DNA of 64,000 nt, taken from the IMG/VR virus record IMGVR_UViG_3300025598_000021; one strand, 5' to 3'. Within the stretch, counting starts at the first letter, position 1. Each line of letters opens with the position of its first letter. Position numbers and translations under genes: made by a program. Of the stretch, positions 1-10,486 are shown one piece after another. This DNA is from a virus. The notes beneath the pieces are model-generated. The model had not been told where the DNA came from. It did no database searches and was given only the letters and a program-made list of their open reading frames with translations.

Positions 1-155
1 TGGACGCAGATCAAGACGTTATCAATCTGAGTCTAAAGATCGGCATGCAGCAGGAGAAGATTGAGTTTCTAGACTCAATAATTAAGACTATAATAAACAG
101 AAATTTCTTGATAAAGAACGCTATTGATTTTATGAAATTTATTAATGGTCAATAG
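1..155 (+). CDS. uvsY: UvsY recombination mediator, C-terminal part (truncated by window edge)
   Basis: Frame from nt 3 reads DADQDVINLSLKIGMQQEKIEFLDSIIKTIINRNFLIKNAIDFMKFINGQ*, a typical UvsY C-terminus; lies upstream of uvsW as in T4-like phages. Confidence 0.8.
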   Translation, partial: DADQDVINLSLKIGMQQEKIEFLDSIIKTIINRNFLIKNAIDFMKFINGQ

Positions 156-164
156 CAGTCTTTA

Positions 165-172
165 TATAAATA
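165..172 (+). promoter_or_regulatory. T4-type late promoter TATAAATA
   Basis: Exact consensus just upstream of GGAGG RBS and ORF 194. Confidence 0.75.
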
Positions 173-193
173 AAGTCATAGGAGGAACTAACT

Positions 194-751
194 ATGACTT
201 ATCATATAATATATAAAACTACTAATATTATAAATGGTAATTATTATTATGGAATACATTCTACAGAAAATTTAAAAGATGATTATTTTGGTTCTGGATC
301 TAAATTGCAAAATGCTATAAAAAAATATGGTATTGAAAATTTTAAAAAAGAAATTATTTGTTATTTTGATAGTAGAGAAGAAGCTTTAATTTATGAATCT
401 AAAATAGTGAATGAAGAACTTGTTAATGATCCTATGTGTTATAATTTAACTATAGGAGGTGGTGCGCCACCAAGTCAAAAGGGAAAAGTTTCTGTTACTA
501 ATAAATTAAAAGGTGAAGAAAGAACAGAAAAACAAAAAGAAGCATCTAAAAGACATTCAGAAACAATGAGAGGAAGATTAGTTTGGAATAAAGGAAAAAG
601 AGGTGTTCAAACTGGGTGGAATAAAGGTACTAAATATGAAAGTGGAAAAAAACAAGCCAAAATAAAATATATTTGCCCTCATTGTGAAAAAGAAGGATTT
701 GGAAATCTTATGAAAAGATGGCACTTCGATAATTGTAAAATGAGAAAATAA
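194..751 (+). mobile_element. Free-standing GIY-YIG (Seg-like) homing endonuclease with NUMOD-type C-terminus
   Basis: IIYKTTN..NGNYYYGIH..DDYFGSG..YGIENFKKEII N-terminus, WNKG repeats, CPHC; markedly more AT-rich than flanks; inserted between uvsY and uvsW. Confidence 0.85.
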
Positions 752-2205
752 TGGATATAGTTCAGGTCGAACGTTTCGACGAAGTTTATATTAAGATCAA
801 GGCCGATCCCGGCGTCATGATGGAGCTTAGCGAGTACTTTACGTTTGACGTGCCCGGCGCTAAATTCATGCCTGCATATAAGATGAAGGTTTGGGACGGA
901 AAGGTCAGACTGTTAAACGTGATGACCGGACTGTTGTTTGCCGGACTGTTGAGATATGTCGAGGAGTTCTGCAGATCTAGAGAGTATATCGTAGAGCATC
1001 TGTCTGACTTCTCTTCTGAGGAGTTCTCTCTTAAAGAGGCAGACGAGTTCGTATCAAAATTAAAACCAACGATGCAGCCGAGAGACTATCAGCTCGACGC
1101 GTTCGTTCACGCCGTGAGGGAGAGAAGAGCGCTGCTGCTATCACCGACGGCTTCAGGCAAGTCATTCATAATCTATCTATTAACGAGGTACTATGCGAGT
1201 CGCACTCTTATTATTGTTCCAACTACTTCTCTTGTTTCTCAGCTTGCCTCTGATTTTGCTGACTACGGGTTTGATTCTGATTGTTTCGTACATCGTGTAT
1301 TTTCTGGACAGGATAAAGTATCAGATAAGCCGATTACCATCACGACCTGGCAGTCGATTTACAAACTACCTAAGACGTATTTCTCAAACTTTGATGTAGT
1401 GATCGGCGATGAGGCGCATCTTTTTAAAGCAAAATCGCTTACTTCTATTCTTTCTAAGCTTGATAACTGTAAATATCGCTTTGGCTTTACCGGAACTCTG
1501 GATGGAAGTGAAACAAACAAGCTCGTTCTTGAGGGACTGTTTGGTCCTGTTCGTAAAGTAATAACCACGTCTGAGCTTATTGAGAAGAAGCATCTAGCTG
1601 AGTTTCAGATTAAAGCTCTCGTGCTCAGCTACTCTGACGAGATCCGCAAGCACGTATCTACGCTCAAGTATCAAGATGAGATCGACTATATCGTAAGACT
1701 TCCAGAGCGTAACAACTTCGTAAAGAACCTAGCACTGTCGCTGAAGGGAAACACTCTACTGCTGTTCCAATTTGTTGACAAACACGGAAAAGTATTGTAT
1801 GATATAATCAAGAAAGAAGCTGGTGAGAGGAAGGTGTTCTATGTTTCTGGATCAGTTGATGGAGAAGAGCGGGAAGAGATTAGAAAGATTGTAGAGAGTG
1901 AAAGAGACGCGATTATTGTGGCTTCTTACGGGACTTTTAGCACTGGTGTCAACATACGCAATCTACACAATATTATTTTTAGCTCTCCTTCCAAGTCTCG
2001 GATACGCAATCTACAAAGTATAGGTAGAGGTCTAAGAAAGTCAGACACTAAAGACGCTGCGACACTATACGATATAGCAGACGATCTCACGTGGAAGAAC
2101 AAGAAGAACTTTACGATACTACATTTCATGGAAAGAATTAAGATATACAATGAAGAGAAATTTAAATATAAACTCTATCAAGTAAAGATTAAGGTAAAAC
2201 AATGA
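751..2205 (+). CDS. uvsW: UvsW SF2 DNA helicase
   Basis: SPTASGKS Walker A, DEAH, GFTGT, QSIGRGLR motifs. Confidence 0.95.
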   Translation: MDIVQVERFDEVYIKIKADPGVMMELSEYFTFDVPGAKFMPAYKMKVWDGKVRLLNVMTGLLFAGLLRYVEEFCRSREYIVEHLSDFSSEEFSLKEADEFVSKLKPTMQPRDYQLDAFVHAVRERRALLLSPTASGKSFIIYLLTRYYASRTLIIVPTTSLVSQLASDFADYGFDSDCFVHRVFSGQDKVSDKPITITTWQSIYKLPKTYFSNFDVVIGDEAHLFKAKSLTSILSKLDNCKYRFGFTGTLDGSETNKLVLEGLFGPVRKVITTSELIEKKHLAEFQIKALVLSYSDEIRKHVSTLKYQDEIDYIVRLPERNNFVKNLALSLKGNTLLLFQFVDKHGKVLYDIIKKEAGERKVFYVSGSVDGEEREEIRKIVESERDAIIVASYGTFSTGVNIRNLHNIIFSSPSKSRIRNLQSIGRGLRKSDTKDAATLYDIADDLTWKNKKNFTILHFMERIKIYNEEKFKYKLYQVKIKVKQ

Positions 2206-2759
2206 AAACAGATGAGAAGAAGCCTAGAAAGAAAGTTAACTACATAAACAATAAGACTCTGTATGGCTCAATGATTCATCACAAGAATGAAGTTACTGAG
2301 GCTAAACGTGAGAACAGACAGCCGCCGATCGTACCTAAGTATATCGGTGAGTCTATCTTATTGATCTGTAGCAACTTGGCTAAGAAACCAAACTTCTCCG
2401 GCTACACGTATAAGACCGACATGATCTCTGACGCTATAATGGACTGTGTGGCCGCTGTCGATAATTTTGATCCAGAAAAGACTAATAACCCATTCGCGTA
2501 CTTTACTCAGATCGCTTGGAACGCTTTCATACGTCGTATCCAGAAAGAAAAGAAGCAGACGTATATTAAACATAAAAACTTTGAGAACAGCTTTATCATG
2601 AACGAACTATGGTCTGACGCTGAGAACATTCACCTTAAGGCTAACGAATACTCATCTGAGATAGTCAGATCTTTTGAAGATAAGAATAAGTTGACAAAGA
2701 CTAAGAAAGCGAATAAAATGGTTGGAGTCGAGAAGTTCTCGGGAGAAGAAAATGAATAA
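2202..2759 (+). CDS. gp55: Late transcription sigma factor gp55
   Basis: NYINNK..KPNFSGYTYKTDMISDA..NPFAYFTQIAWNAFIRRIQKEKKQ. Confidence 0.95.
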   Translation: MKTDEKKPRKKVNYINNKTLYGSMIHHKNEVTEAKRENRQPPIVPKYIGESILLICSNLAKKPNFSGYTYKTDMISDAIMDCVAAVDNFDPEKTNNPFAYFTQIAWNAFIRRIQKEKKQTYIKHKNFENSFIMNELWSDAENIHLKANEYSSEIVRSFEDKNKLTKTKKANKMVGVEKFSGEENE

Positions 2760-2937
2760 GAACCTACATCTTGTGCCGATCAACGTCGTCGATATCGTTG
2801 AGCGCCTTAACAGTAAAGACCTGAGAGACAACGAGCGACAGATCCTTCTTCAGAGACTAGAGACTATTCGCGACTACTGCGCGGCAGCGGTAGTTAAGAT
2901 CAATGGTGGCTCACAGAACATTCGTAGAATCAAGTAA
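2752..2937 (+). CDS. Hypothetical protein
   Basis: ORF between gp55 and gp47; ATG at 2752 has a GGAG RBS. Confidence 0.6.
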   Translation: MNKNLHLVPINVVDIVERLNSKDLRDNERQILLQRLETIRDYCAAAVVKINGGSQNIRRIK

Positions 2938-4007
2938 TGAAGATAGCGCTAATAACGGACTCGCACGCTGGTGTCAGAAATGACTCTCTAGCGTTTCATG
3001 ACTACATGAAAAAGTTCTATGACAACATATTTTTTAAATATCTCAGTGAACACAGTATACGCACCGTGGTCCATTGCGGCGACATCATCGATCGTCGTAA
3101 GTATATCAACATCAACACGGCGTATCGTCTACGCAGAGATCTTATCGAGCCGGCACTAAATCAAGGAATCGAGTGGCACCAGATCATCGGTAACCACGAT
3201 ACATATCATAAGAACACCAACGAGGTGAGTTCTTTTACTGAACTTTTTGGTTCATACGAGAACTATACAACCCTAAATATATATGATACCACAACAGAAG
3301 TCATGTTCGGTGACACTAAGATACTGTTGATTCCTTGGATTTGTGATGACAATAAAGAACATTCCTTCGATCTAATAAGGAACACAGATGCGCAAATCGC
3401 GTTCGGTCACTTGGAACTCCAAGGCTTTGAGATGTTCAAGGGCTCAATTGTCTCACACGGATATGACCCAGAATCTTTTGGACGGTTTGATATTGTTTGC
3501 TCTGGGCATTATCATCATCGCTCAAACCGTGGCAATATTTACTATCTCGGTTCTCCTGCAGAGTATACTTGGTCTGATTACAATGATCCTAGAGGGTTTC
3601 ATATATTTGACACAGAGACGAGACAGCTAGAGTTCATTGAAAATCCATACAAGATGTTCAAGAAGGTATGGTATAACGACGGGAGCGAAGAGTTCCTAGA
3701 GAGTGAGATGGACTATTCTCAGTTTGAGAACAGTATGGTCAAGGTGATCGTCCAAGAGAAGAACAATCCTTACTGGTTCGATAAGTTTATTGAGAACATT
3801 GAGAAGCAGAACCCAGTAGACCTGCAGGTCGTAGAAGATCATCTCAACTTAGGTCTAGAAGAAGATCAAGACATCATCGACGAAGCTGAGTCTACGCTTG
3901 ATATATTTAAGAAGTATATTGGAACTGCCGAAATAAAAGGCGTGAATAAAGTAAAGTTAGAGAATAAGATAACTGAATTGTATCATGAGGCTTTGACTAT
4001 AGAATGA
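2937..4007 (+). CDS. gp47: gp47 Mre11-like recombination nuclease
   Basis: DSH, GDIIDRRK, GNHD, GHLE, SGHYH metallophosphoesterase motifs. Confidence 0.95.
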   Translation: MKIALITDSHAGVRNDSLAFHDYMKKFYDNIFFKYLSEHSIRTVVHCGDIIDRRKYININTAYRLRRDLIEPALNQGIEWHQIIGNHDTYHKNTNEVSSFTELFGSYENYTTLNIYDTTTEVMFGDTKILLIPWICDDNKEHSFDLIRNTDAQIAFGHLELQGFEMFKGSIVSHGYDPESFGRFDIVCSGHYHHRSNRGNIYYLGSPAEYTWSDYNDPRGFHIFDTETRQLEFIENPYKMFKKVWYNDGSEEFLESEMDYSQFENSMVKVIVQEKNNPYWFDKFIENIEKQNPVDLQVVEDHLNLGLEEDQDIIDEAESTLDIFKKYIGTAEIKGVNKVKLENKITELYHEALTIE

Positions 4008-5710
4008 TATACTTTAAAAAGATTAGATGGAAGAACTTACTCTCTACTGGTAATGTCTTCACCGAGATAGACCTGTGCGGAAGAGACACAACACTTATTG
4101 TCGGTACTAACGGTGCCGGTAAGTCTACTCTATTAGACGCTCTATCTTTTGGTCTGTTTGGTAAACCATTTCGTAAGATCAACAAGCCACAACTTGTTAA
4201 CTCTATCACAGAAAAGAACTGTGTCGTAGAGTTAGAGTTCTCTATTGGTTCGAACCAGTACAAGATCATCCGTGGTATTAAACCAAATATCTTTGAAGTA
4301 TATCAGAATGATAATCTTCTCAATCAGTCTGCTGAGGTGAAAGACTATCAAGAGATACTTGAAAAGCAGATTCTAAAAGTAAATCATAAGACATTTAATC
4401 AGGTAGTCATACTAGGATCAGCTACATTTCAGCCGTTCATGCAGCTTCCCGGTGGTCAGCGCAGAGACGTAATTGAAGATCTTCTAGACCTTCAGATATT
4501 CACGACGATGAATTCACTCCTTAAAGATAAGATACTCTTTAATAATGAGAATATAAATTCTGTTGTATCTGAAAAGAAATTAATCGAGTCTAAAATCGAG
4601 ATGACTAAAGAACATCTCAAAGAACTACAGACAAACAACGATAAACTTATAGAAGAGAAGCAGGAACTCTTAAAAGATACGTTTAATCAGTTAGCAGAGT
4701 TGAACGCAAAACACGTATTAATAGAAGAGGATATTGAAAAGCTTCAATCACAGATCGAAGATAACGACAGCATCTCTAAGAAGATAAGCAAGTTGTCTAA
4801 GCTCCGTCATCAGATCGAGGCGAAGGCGTCACTGTTGAATGACGACGTTAAGTTCTTTCACGATCATAAGAACTGTCCTACCTGCAAGCAGGACATCGAA
4901 GAAGATTTTCGTGAGAACACTATCGCTAGCAAGATGATAGAGATCAGAGAGATAGATAATGGTCTAGAGCTCCTATCTAAAGAATATGAGGCCGCTAACG
5001 ATAGACTAAAAGAGATAATGGAGATTAATAGTAAAATACAGTCTTTTCAGATGGAAAAGATCGAACTTAATACTAATATAAACTCTATGACTCGCTACTG
5101 CAAGCAGCTACAGAAAGATATCAGAGACATACATGAGAAGCATACTGCTGAAAAAGATATAAAGATTGTCGACTTTGAAAACACTCTTAAAGAGATAGAA
5201 GACAAGTACAACGAGCTGTCTGAGGAGAAGAATGTTTTAGCCGTAGCTAGTTCTATGCTCAAAGATGGTGGTATTAAGGCTAAGATCATCAAACAGTATA
5301 TTCCTGTGATAAATAAGCTCATCAATAAATATCTATCATCTATGGACTTCTTTGTATCATTTGAATTAAATGAAGAGTTTAATGAGAGTATTAAGTCCAG
5401 ACATAGAGATGATTTTACGTATGCTTCCTTCTCTGAAGGAGAAAAACAAAAGATAGATCTTGCACTACTGTTTACGTGGAGAGCAGTCGCTAAACTTAGA
5501 AACTCTATCAATACAAACTTATTAATCATGGATGAAGTATTTGACTCATCTCTAGATCAGAACGCGACAGACTATCTAATGAACATCATTAGAGATATAT
5601 CTAAAGACAGTAACATCTTTATTATATCTCACAAAGAACATATGAACGAAAAGTTCACTAACGTATTAAGATTTCAGAAACATAAGAATTTCTCGCAATT
5701 ACAGGAGTAA
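4004..5710 (+). CDS. gp46: gp46 Rad50-like ATPase
   Basis: GTNGAGKS, CPTC zinc hook, FSEGEK signature, MDEVFD, long coiled coil. Confidence 0.95.
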   Translation: MIYFKKIRWKNLLSTGNVFTEIDLCGRDTTLIVGTNGAGKSTLLDALSFGLFGKPFRKINKPQLVNSITEKNCVVELEFSIGSNQYKIIRGIKPNIFEVYQNDNLLNQSAEVKDYQEILEKQILKVNHKTFNQVVILGSATFQPFMQLPGGQRRDVIEDLLDLQIFTTMNSLLKDKILFNNENINSVVSEKKLIESKIEMTKEHLKELQTNNDKLIEEKQELLKDTFNQLAELNAKHVLIEEDIEKLQSQIEDNDSISKKISKLSKLRHQIEAKASLLNDDVKFFHDHKNCPTCKQDIEEDFRENTIASKMIEIREIDNGLELLSKEYEAANDRLKEIMEINSKIQSFQMEKIELNTNINSMTRYCKQLQKDIRDIHEKHTAEKDIKIVDFENTLKEIEDKYNELSEEKNVLAVASSMLKDGGIKAKIIKQYIPVINKLINKYLSSMDFFVSFELNEEFNESIKSRHRDDFTYASFSEGEKQKIDLALLFTWRAVAKLRNSINTNLLIMDEVFDSSLDQNATDYLMNIIRDISKDSNIFIISHKEHMNEKFTNVLRFQKHKNFSQLQE

Positions 5711-5713
5711 GAC

Positions 5714-6250
5714 ATGTTTAATTGGCTAAAGAAGATGTTCAATTTCAACGAATTTAATTTTAGTGCACAGCCGCTAACTCTATATTCTGCTCCAGATTTT
5801 GATCCAAATACTCTCAAAGGAAAAGACCGACCTCTGTATGTAAAACAGGTTCTCATCGATCTTGGTTGGAAAGACTTTCAGGCCGCCGCTATGGTTGGTC
5901 AGTTCATGCAGGAGAGCTATACAGATCTTCGATGTGGAGTGTGGGGCGATAAACATACGGCTTTTGGACTGGCTCAGTGGAGAGGAGATAGGCTTGCAGA
6001 TCTACAGAAGTTTGCTAATAATATCAACAGACCAATTGAAGATCTAGATACGCAGGCTCGTTTCGTACACTGGGAACTCACAAAGGGTTCTGAAAAGAGT
6101 GTAGGTTCGAAGCTCAAGAAGACTACTAATATTGACGACGCGCTGTTAATCGCTATCGCTTATGAGCGTCCACGCGGTTATACAGCTGCTCATCCTGAGA
6201 ACGGTGATGGTTTTGCTAATCGCTGTAAGTATGCAAAGAGTCTAATGTGA
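5714..6250 (+). CDS. Phage tail lysozyme-like muramidase domain protein
   Basis: AAAMVGQFMQES..AFGLAQWRGDRL..YERP motif set of the Phage_lysozyme2 family. Confidence 0.75.
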   Translation: MFNWLKKMFNFNEFNFSAQPLTLYSAPDFDPNTLKGKDRPLYVKQVLIDLGWKDFQAAAMVGQFMQESYTDLRCGVWGDKHTAFGLAQWRGDRLADLQKFANNINRPIEDLDTQARFVHWELTKGSEKSVGSKLKKTTNIDDALLIAIAYERPRGYTAAHPENGDGFANRCKYAKSLM

Positions 6251-6257
6251 GGTCGAC

Positions 6258-6728
6258 ATGGAACTTAGTGATGTATACTTGAATAAAAAATGTGAAGAGT
6301 TCGACTTTAAAGAGCCGCCGTTCGATCCAATTGAGTTTGCTAAAGAGCTGATGGCGTTCATGTATGAAAAGAATGGTCTTGGTCTCGCTGCAAATCAGGT
6401 AGGAGTTCCATATCGAATATTTGCCATGCGTGGCGCTCCTGAAAACTTCGTGTGCTTCAATCCTAAGATAGTGACGCACTCAAAAGATGATATCGTGCTA
6501 GAAGAGGGTTGTCTTAGCTATCCAGGATTACTCGTTAAAGTCAAGAGACCATCGATGATTCGTGTGAGATTCACTACACCTAACAGTGACACTATCACGA
6601 GACAGTTTATTGGAATGTCTGCACGCGTATTTCAACACGAATACGACCACCTAGATGGTATTAAATTTATAGATCGTGCTAATAAATTCCATAGAGATCA
6701 GGCTATGCGAAAATGGAAAAGAAAATAA
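6258..6728 (+). CDS. def: Peptide deformylase
   Basis: GLGLAANQVG, EGCLS, QHEYDHLDG motifs. Confidence 0.95.
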   Translation: MELSDVYLNKKCEEFDFKEPPFDPIEFAKELMAFMYEKNGLGLAANQVGVPYRIFAMRGAPENFVCFNPKIVTHSKDDIVLEEGCLSYPGLLVKVKRPSMIRVRFTTPNSDTITRQFIGMSARVFQHEYDHLDGIKFIDRANKFHRDQAMRKWKRK

Positions 6729-7156
6729 TCGTTCCAGCAAGGATCGCAGATACGGTCCTTTTAAAGAATATCGACGACGTTAGCTTCAATAAAGAGTTCC
6801 ATGAAGACATATCTTACTATGAAGATTGTTTTAAAAATGGATACGACTGCTATCTGCTCATGGTAGACAGTCTACCCGCAGGAGAGCTCATTCTTAGATT
6901 CGACGAAGAAGATACTCTAGGTCTTGAGTCTTTTGCTATAGTCCCTCAGTATCGCGGTAGAGGTTATAGTAAGTTCTTATTAGACTTCGTGGATGCGTAT
7001 GCCAAACAAAATTTTAAGAGAATCGTGCTAGAAGTTTCCACAGATAATAAGAAAGCTATTGACATTTACAAGAAACAAGGTTATAATATAAGTCATACTA
7101 TTATGGACTTCTATAAGTTTGGAATGAACGCTTATGTTATGGAGAAAATTCTGTGA
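6713..7156 (+). CDS. GNAT acetyltransferase (RimI-like)
   Basis: PQYRGRGYS acetyl-CoA motif; LEVSTDNKKAIDIYKKQGY. Confidence 0.85.
   Translation: MEKKIIVPARIADTVLLKNIDDVSFNKEFHEDISYYEDCFKNGYDCYLLMVDSLPAGELILRFDEEDTLGLESFAIVPQYRGRGYSKFLLDFVDAYAKQNFKRIVLEVSTDNKKAIDIYKKQGYNISHTIMDFYKFGMNAYVMEKIL
7059..7087 (+). promoter_or_regulatory. Sigma70-type early promoter
   Basis: TTGACA-17 nt-TATAAT inside the 3' end of the GNAT gene. Confidence 0.7.
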
Positions 7157-7274
7157 AGTACTTTCCCTTTAATCAGCTAGAAGATAAACTTCAGTACGTA
7201 GATGACTGGATCAATCTAATTCTAATTGTGTCTATTACTTATGTTTTAGTAAAGAAATTCTTAGAATGGGATAA

Positions 7275-7817
7275 TTGATGAATATATTTTATCTTAGTGA
7301 GAATCCTTTAGAAGCTGCGCAGTGGATGGTTGACAAACATGTTGTCAAGATGATCCTAGAGTCTGCGCAGCTTTTGTCTACCGCTCATCGCATACTCGAC
7401 GGTGATGAGCAAGTAGAACTATCTGAGACTGGAAGAAAAAAGAAAAGGTATAAACTCTATGACGCACGTGAACCAGTTATGTACTCAGCTACGCACATTA
7501 ATCACCCGAGTGCTGTATGGTGCAGGAGCAGCGTTGAAAATTATAATTGGCTTGTAGACCATTTCTTCGCACTCATGCAGGAATATACTTATCGCTATGA
7601 CAAAGAGCATAAGTGTTATGGCGAACTGAGCTATCAGCTATCGTCTCCACCAAAGAATCTAGATAAATTTGATATGACTCCGATGCCGTCGTGTATGGAT
7701 GACAAGTATATTATATCTGCTAATCCTATCGATAACTATAGAAACTACTACAAGAACGGCAAGACGCATCTACATAAATGGAAAAGACGTGAGGCTCCTG
7801 CGTGGATTATCAACTAA
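7275..7817 (+). CDS. Pyrimidine-dimer DNA glycosylase-like protein (DenV-related family)
   Basis: MNIFYL..DKHVVKMILESAQLLSTAH..THINHPSAVW..EYTYRY. Confidence 0.75.
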   Translation: MMNIFYLSENPLEAAQWMVDKHVVKMILESAQLLSTAHRILDGDEQVELSETGRKKKRYKLYDAREPVMYSATHINHPSAVWCRSSVENYNWLVDHFFALMQEYTYRYDKEHKCYGELSYQLSSPPKNLDKFDMTPMPSCMDDKYIISANPIDNYRNYYKNGKTHLHKWKRREAPAWIIN

Positions 7818-8383
7818 AAGAAACTACAGTACTAGATAATATCATTCCAAAAGATCTACAAGATAAGTTTCATGATCTAGTCATGTCACAGTCTTTTAAG
7901 TTCTTAAAGGACATGTCTTATGCAGACGGCGATATTAAGTACCCGTCTTATGGTTTTAATTTGTTGTTTAAACACCCACAACATGGTATAATGTCTCCAC
8001 TATATGAGACTGTCTGTGTTCCTATAGTAAACGCTCTTCTAGAAGAACTAGTTCTTAAAGTAAACGATATCTACTATACTAGAGCGTTTCTTCAGGTACC
8101 GCTCGCAGATAACTTCTACAAGGGACAAAACGGGGCCCACATAGATATTCCAGATCCGCACTACGCTTGTGTCTATTATATGAATGACTCAGATGGCGAT
8201 ACTATTATCTATGAACAGAATATACACGACACTCCACCAGGATCAAAACATATCGATCTAGTAGAACATAAGAGAGTAACCCCTAAGAAGGGAAGAATAG
8301 CAATATTTGATGGAGCAAGATATCACTGCTCTAGTCAGCCGAGAGAAAATTATCGTTGTATTATTAACTTTGTTCTTGTATGA
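7802..8383 (+). CDS. 2OG-Fe(II) oxygenase
   Basis: HID..YYMNDSDGDT..FDGARYH..R facial triad and Arg. Confidence 0.8.
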   Translation: MDYQLKETTVLDNIIPKDLQDKFHDLVMSQSFKFLKDMSYADGDIKYPSYGFNLLFKHPQHGIMSPLYETVCVPIVNALLEELVLKVNDIYYTRAFLQVPLADNFYKGQNGAHIDIPDPHYACVYYMNDSDGDTIIYEQNIHDTPPGSKHIDLVEHKRVTPKKGRIAIFDGARYHCSSQPRENYRCIINFVLV

Positions 8384-8394
8384 AAGGATTAAAG

Positions 8395-8595
8395 ATGGAT
8401 GATAAGTTAGATGAAATTGCAAGACTGATGGCTCCAATCGATGAGCAGATTACTCTGTGTGAGAGCGGCAGTGAACAGATCATGCTTGCGTGTGGAATGA
8501 TGCAGAGAGTAAAAGAGATATTGAACCACCACCTTGGAGTAGAAGGCGCGGCTAATATCTTAAAGGAATATGTTAACACTACAACTCTACAGTGA
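8395..8595 (+). CDS. Hypothetical protein
   Basis: Compact ORF in a co-oriented operon. Confidence 0.55.
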   Translation: MDDKLDEIARLMAPIDEQITLCESGSEQIMLACGMMQRVKEILNHHLGVEGAANILKEYVNTTTLQ

Positions 8596-8602
8596 GGTTA
8601 TA

Positions 8603-9007
8603 ATGAGTGCTAATTGGGTAGACGACATTTATAAGATGCACCTACACTATAAGGTACATCCAGTGATTAATGTTATGGACAAAGAGAAACTAGCAAAATT
8701 TCTAGAGTTTCGCGCTAACTTTCTACAAGAAGAGTTGAATGAGCTTAAAGAAGCCAAGTCTGCGGAAGACGTAGTAGACGCGCTTATCGATCTATGCGTA
8801 GTGGCTATCGGCACGCTAGACGGATTTGGAGTAAACTCTTATAAAGCGTGGGACGAGGTTCTTAAGGCTAATATGAATAAGACTCCTGGAGTAAAGCCTT
8901 CACGACCTAACCCGCTTGGACTTCCAGATCTTATTAAGCCAGAGGGCTGGGTTGGACCTTCGCACGAAGGTAATCACGGACTTGTGAGTAAAATCTTCGA
9001 GGACTGA
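8603..9007 (+). CDS. All-alpha NTP pyrophosphohydrolase (MazG/PRA-PH-like; candidate dCTPase/dUTPase)
   Basis: LQEELNEL..VVDALIDLCVVAIG..ANMNK..DLIKPEGW; ATG 8603 follows GAGG. Confidence 0.75.
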   Translation: MSANWVDDIYKMHLHYKVHPVINVMDKEKLAKFLEFRANFLQEELNELKEAKSAEDVVDALIDLCVVAIGTLDGFGVNSYKAWDEVLKANMNKTPGVKPSRPNPLGLPDLIKPEGWVGPSHEGNHGLVSKIFED

Positions 9008-9008
9008 G

Positions 9009-9452
9009 ATGACCGATATTCGTTATGAAATGGGTAATATAGGTGAGCTTGCAGTAGAAGAACACTTTGATTCACAGAGAACAGACGATTGGTATGACTC
9101 TCGTAAGGATGGAATGATCAACAATATGTCCTACGAGGTCAAGACCTTTCGTCTAAATGGAAAGACTAAAGGATTTTGGATTGATAAGTCTCAATGGAAG
9201 AAAGTAGATGGAGTAGACATTCTTATCTTTGTGAGAGTACCTGAGACTACCGATGAAAGAGCTAGAATATACGTATGTATAAATCATAAAAACTGTTGGC
9301 AAAAAGCTTATAGAAACGATGGAACCGGAGTAAGATCTTATCCATTGACAAATTGCATATATATTGGTACAATAGGTGAAGAAAGATCATTACAACTATA
9401 TGAGCATTCTGTAAAGATCTCTAAACATAAGAGGTTAATCAATGCCGCATGA
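9009..9452 (+). CDS. PD-(D/E)xK nuclease-like protein
   Basis: GNIGELAV..KDG..YEVKT motif. Confidence 0.5.
   Translation: MTDIRYEMGNIGELAVEEHFDSQRTDDWYDSRKDGMINNMSYEVKTFRLNGKTKGFWIDKSQWKKVDGVDILIFVRVPETTDERARIYVCINHKNCWQKAYRNDGTGVRSYPLTNCIYIGTIGEERSLQLYEHSVKISKHKRLINAA
9345..9373 (+). promoter_or_regulatory. Sigma70-type early promoter upstream of the base-modification genes
   Basis: TTGACA-17 nt-TACAAT. Confidence 0.6.
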
Positions 9453-9849
9453 ACGTTACTCAGTCCAAGTTCTACAAGAGTGCATAGACCTCCAGAACAA
9501 GAAGTCTAACGACTATCAGAACCCAAACTCTACTATTAAGCAGGCTGACTATTATCCAAATGGTTGTCAGACTATCTTGGATACTATCCAAGCTAAAGTT
9601 CTTCGCATGCGTTCTGTTATGGAAGCTATGCAGTATGATAAGAACTATAAACCAAACTTCGAATCACTTGAAGATTCAGCTAAAGATCTTATCAACTACG
9701 CTTCTTTCTTTGTGACGTTCTCGCGTGGTAAGATGGAAGGTCAAGATCCTAATCGCGACTTTCTTAATAAACAAAAACAAGTAGTGTCATACACCAGCCA
9801 TACTATCACGGTAACAGCTAGTAATGAGGTAGAAGATGCAGGTTGCTAG
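9442..9849 (+). CDS. Nucleotide-modification-associated helical protein (Nmad1/DUF1599-like)
   Basis: KKSNDY..K..R..ESLEDSAKDLINYA pattern; adjacent to gp42-like gene. Confidence 0.55.
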   Translation: MPHERYSVQVLQECIDLQNKKSNDYQNPNSTIKQADYYPNGCQTILDTIQAKVLRMRSVMEAMQYDKNYKPNFESLEDSAKDLINYASFFVTFSRGKMEGQDPNRDFLNKQKQVVSYTSHTITVTASNEVEDAGC

Positions 9850-10486
9850 AGTCCAAGACATCAGAGAGTACTTCTACGATCAGTTAAAGAAACAAAACTT
9901 TGTAACTGATAAGACTGGTGTTAAGACTATCGAACTCATTGGCGCTAACTTCATTGCCAATGAGCCTACTATCTTTGGAGAAGTAAACGAAGATTATATC
10001 CGTAAAGAATTGGCTTGGTATAAGTCGATGTCTCTAAACGTTAATGATCTAGAAGACACGCCTGCTATATGGAAGAAAGTAGCAGACGAAGATGGTTATA
10101 TCAACTCAAACTACGGCTGGTGTATCTGGTCGCACGATAATCACTATCAATATCATAACGCGTTGAATGAGCTTAATAAGAATCCAGACTCACGCCGCGC
10201 TATCATGATCTATACAAGACCATCGATGTGGCACGACTATGACTATCACGGCATGTCAGATTTTATGTGTACTAACACCGTGCAGTATTTGATCCGTGAT
10301 AATAGACTTAACGCTGTAGTTCAGATGAGATCTAACGACGTAGTCTATGGCTATCGCAATGACTACGCTTGGCAGGACTACGTATTAGACAAGATGGCAA
10401 ATGAGTTAAAAGTTGCTCGCGGCGATATTTATTGGAATGTAGGATCTCTTCATGTCTATGAAAGACACTTCGACTTGGTCATCTAA
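9836..10486 (+). CDS. gp42: dCMP hydroxymethylase (T4 gp42-type)
   Basis: DKTGVKTIELIGA, INSNYGW, NPDSRRAIMIYTRPSM, GMSDFMCTNTVQYLIRD, MRSNDVVYGYRNDYAWQ closely match T4 gp42 as recalled, with Asp (dCMP specificity) where ThyA has Asn. Confidence 0.9.
   Translation: MQVARVQDIREYFYDQLKKQNFVTDKTGVKTIELIGANFIANEPTIFGEVNEDYIRKELAWYKSMSLNVNDLEDTPAIWKKVADEDGYINSNYGWCIWSHDNHYQYHNALNELNKNPDSRRAIMIYTRPSMWHDYDYHGMSDFMCTNTVQYLIRDNRLNAVVQMRSNDVVYGYRNDYAWQDYVLDKMANELKVARGDIYWNVGSLHVYERHFDLVI

Noticed and set aside
9836-10486. Calling this gene thymidylate synthase ThyA
   Set aside because: It has Asp at the substrate-specificity position and gp42-specific motifs; ThyX is present at 39851
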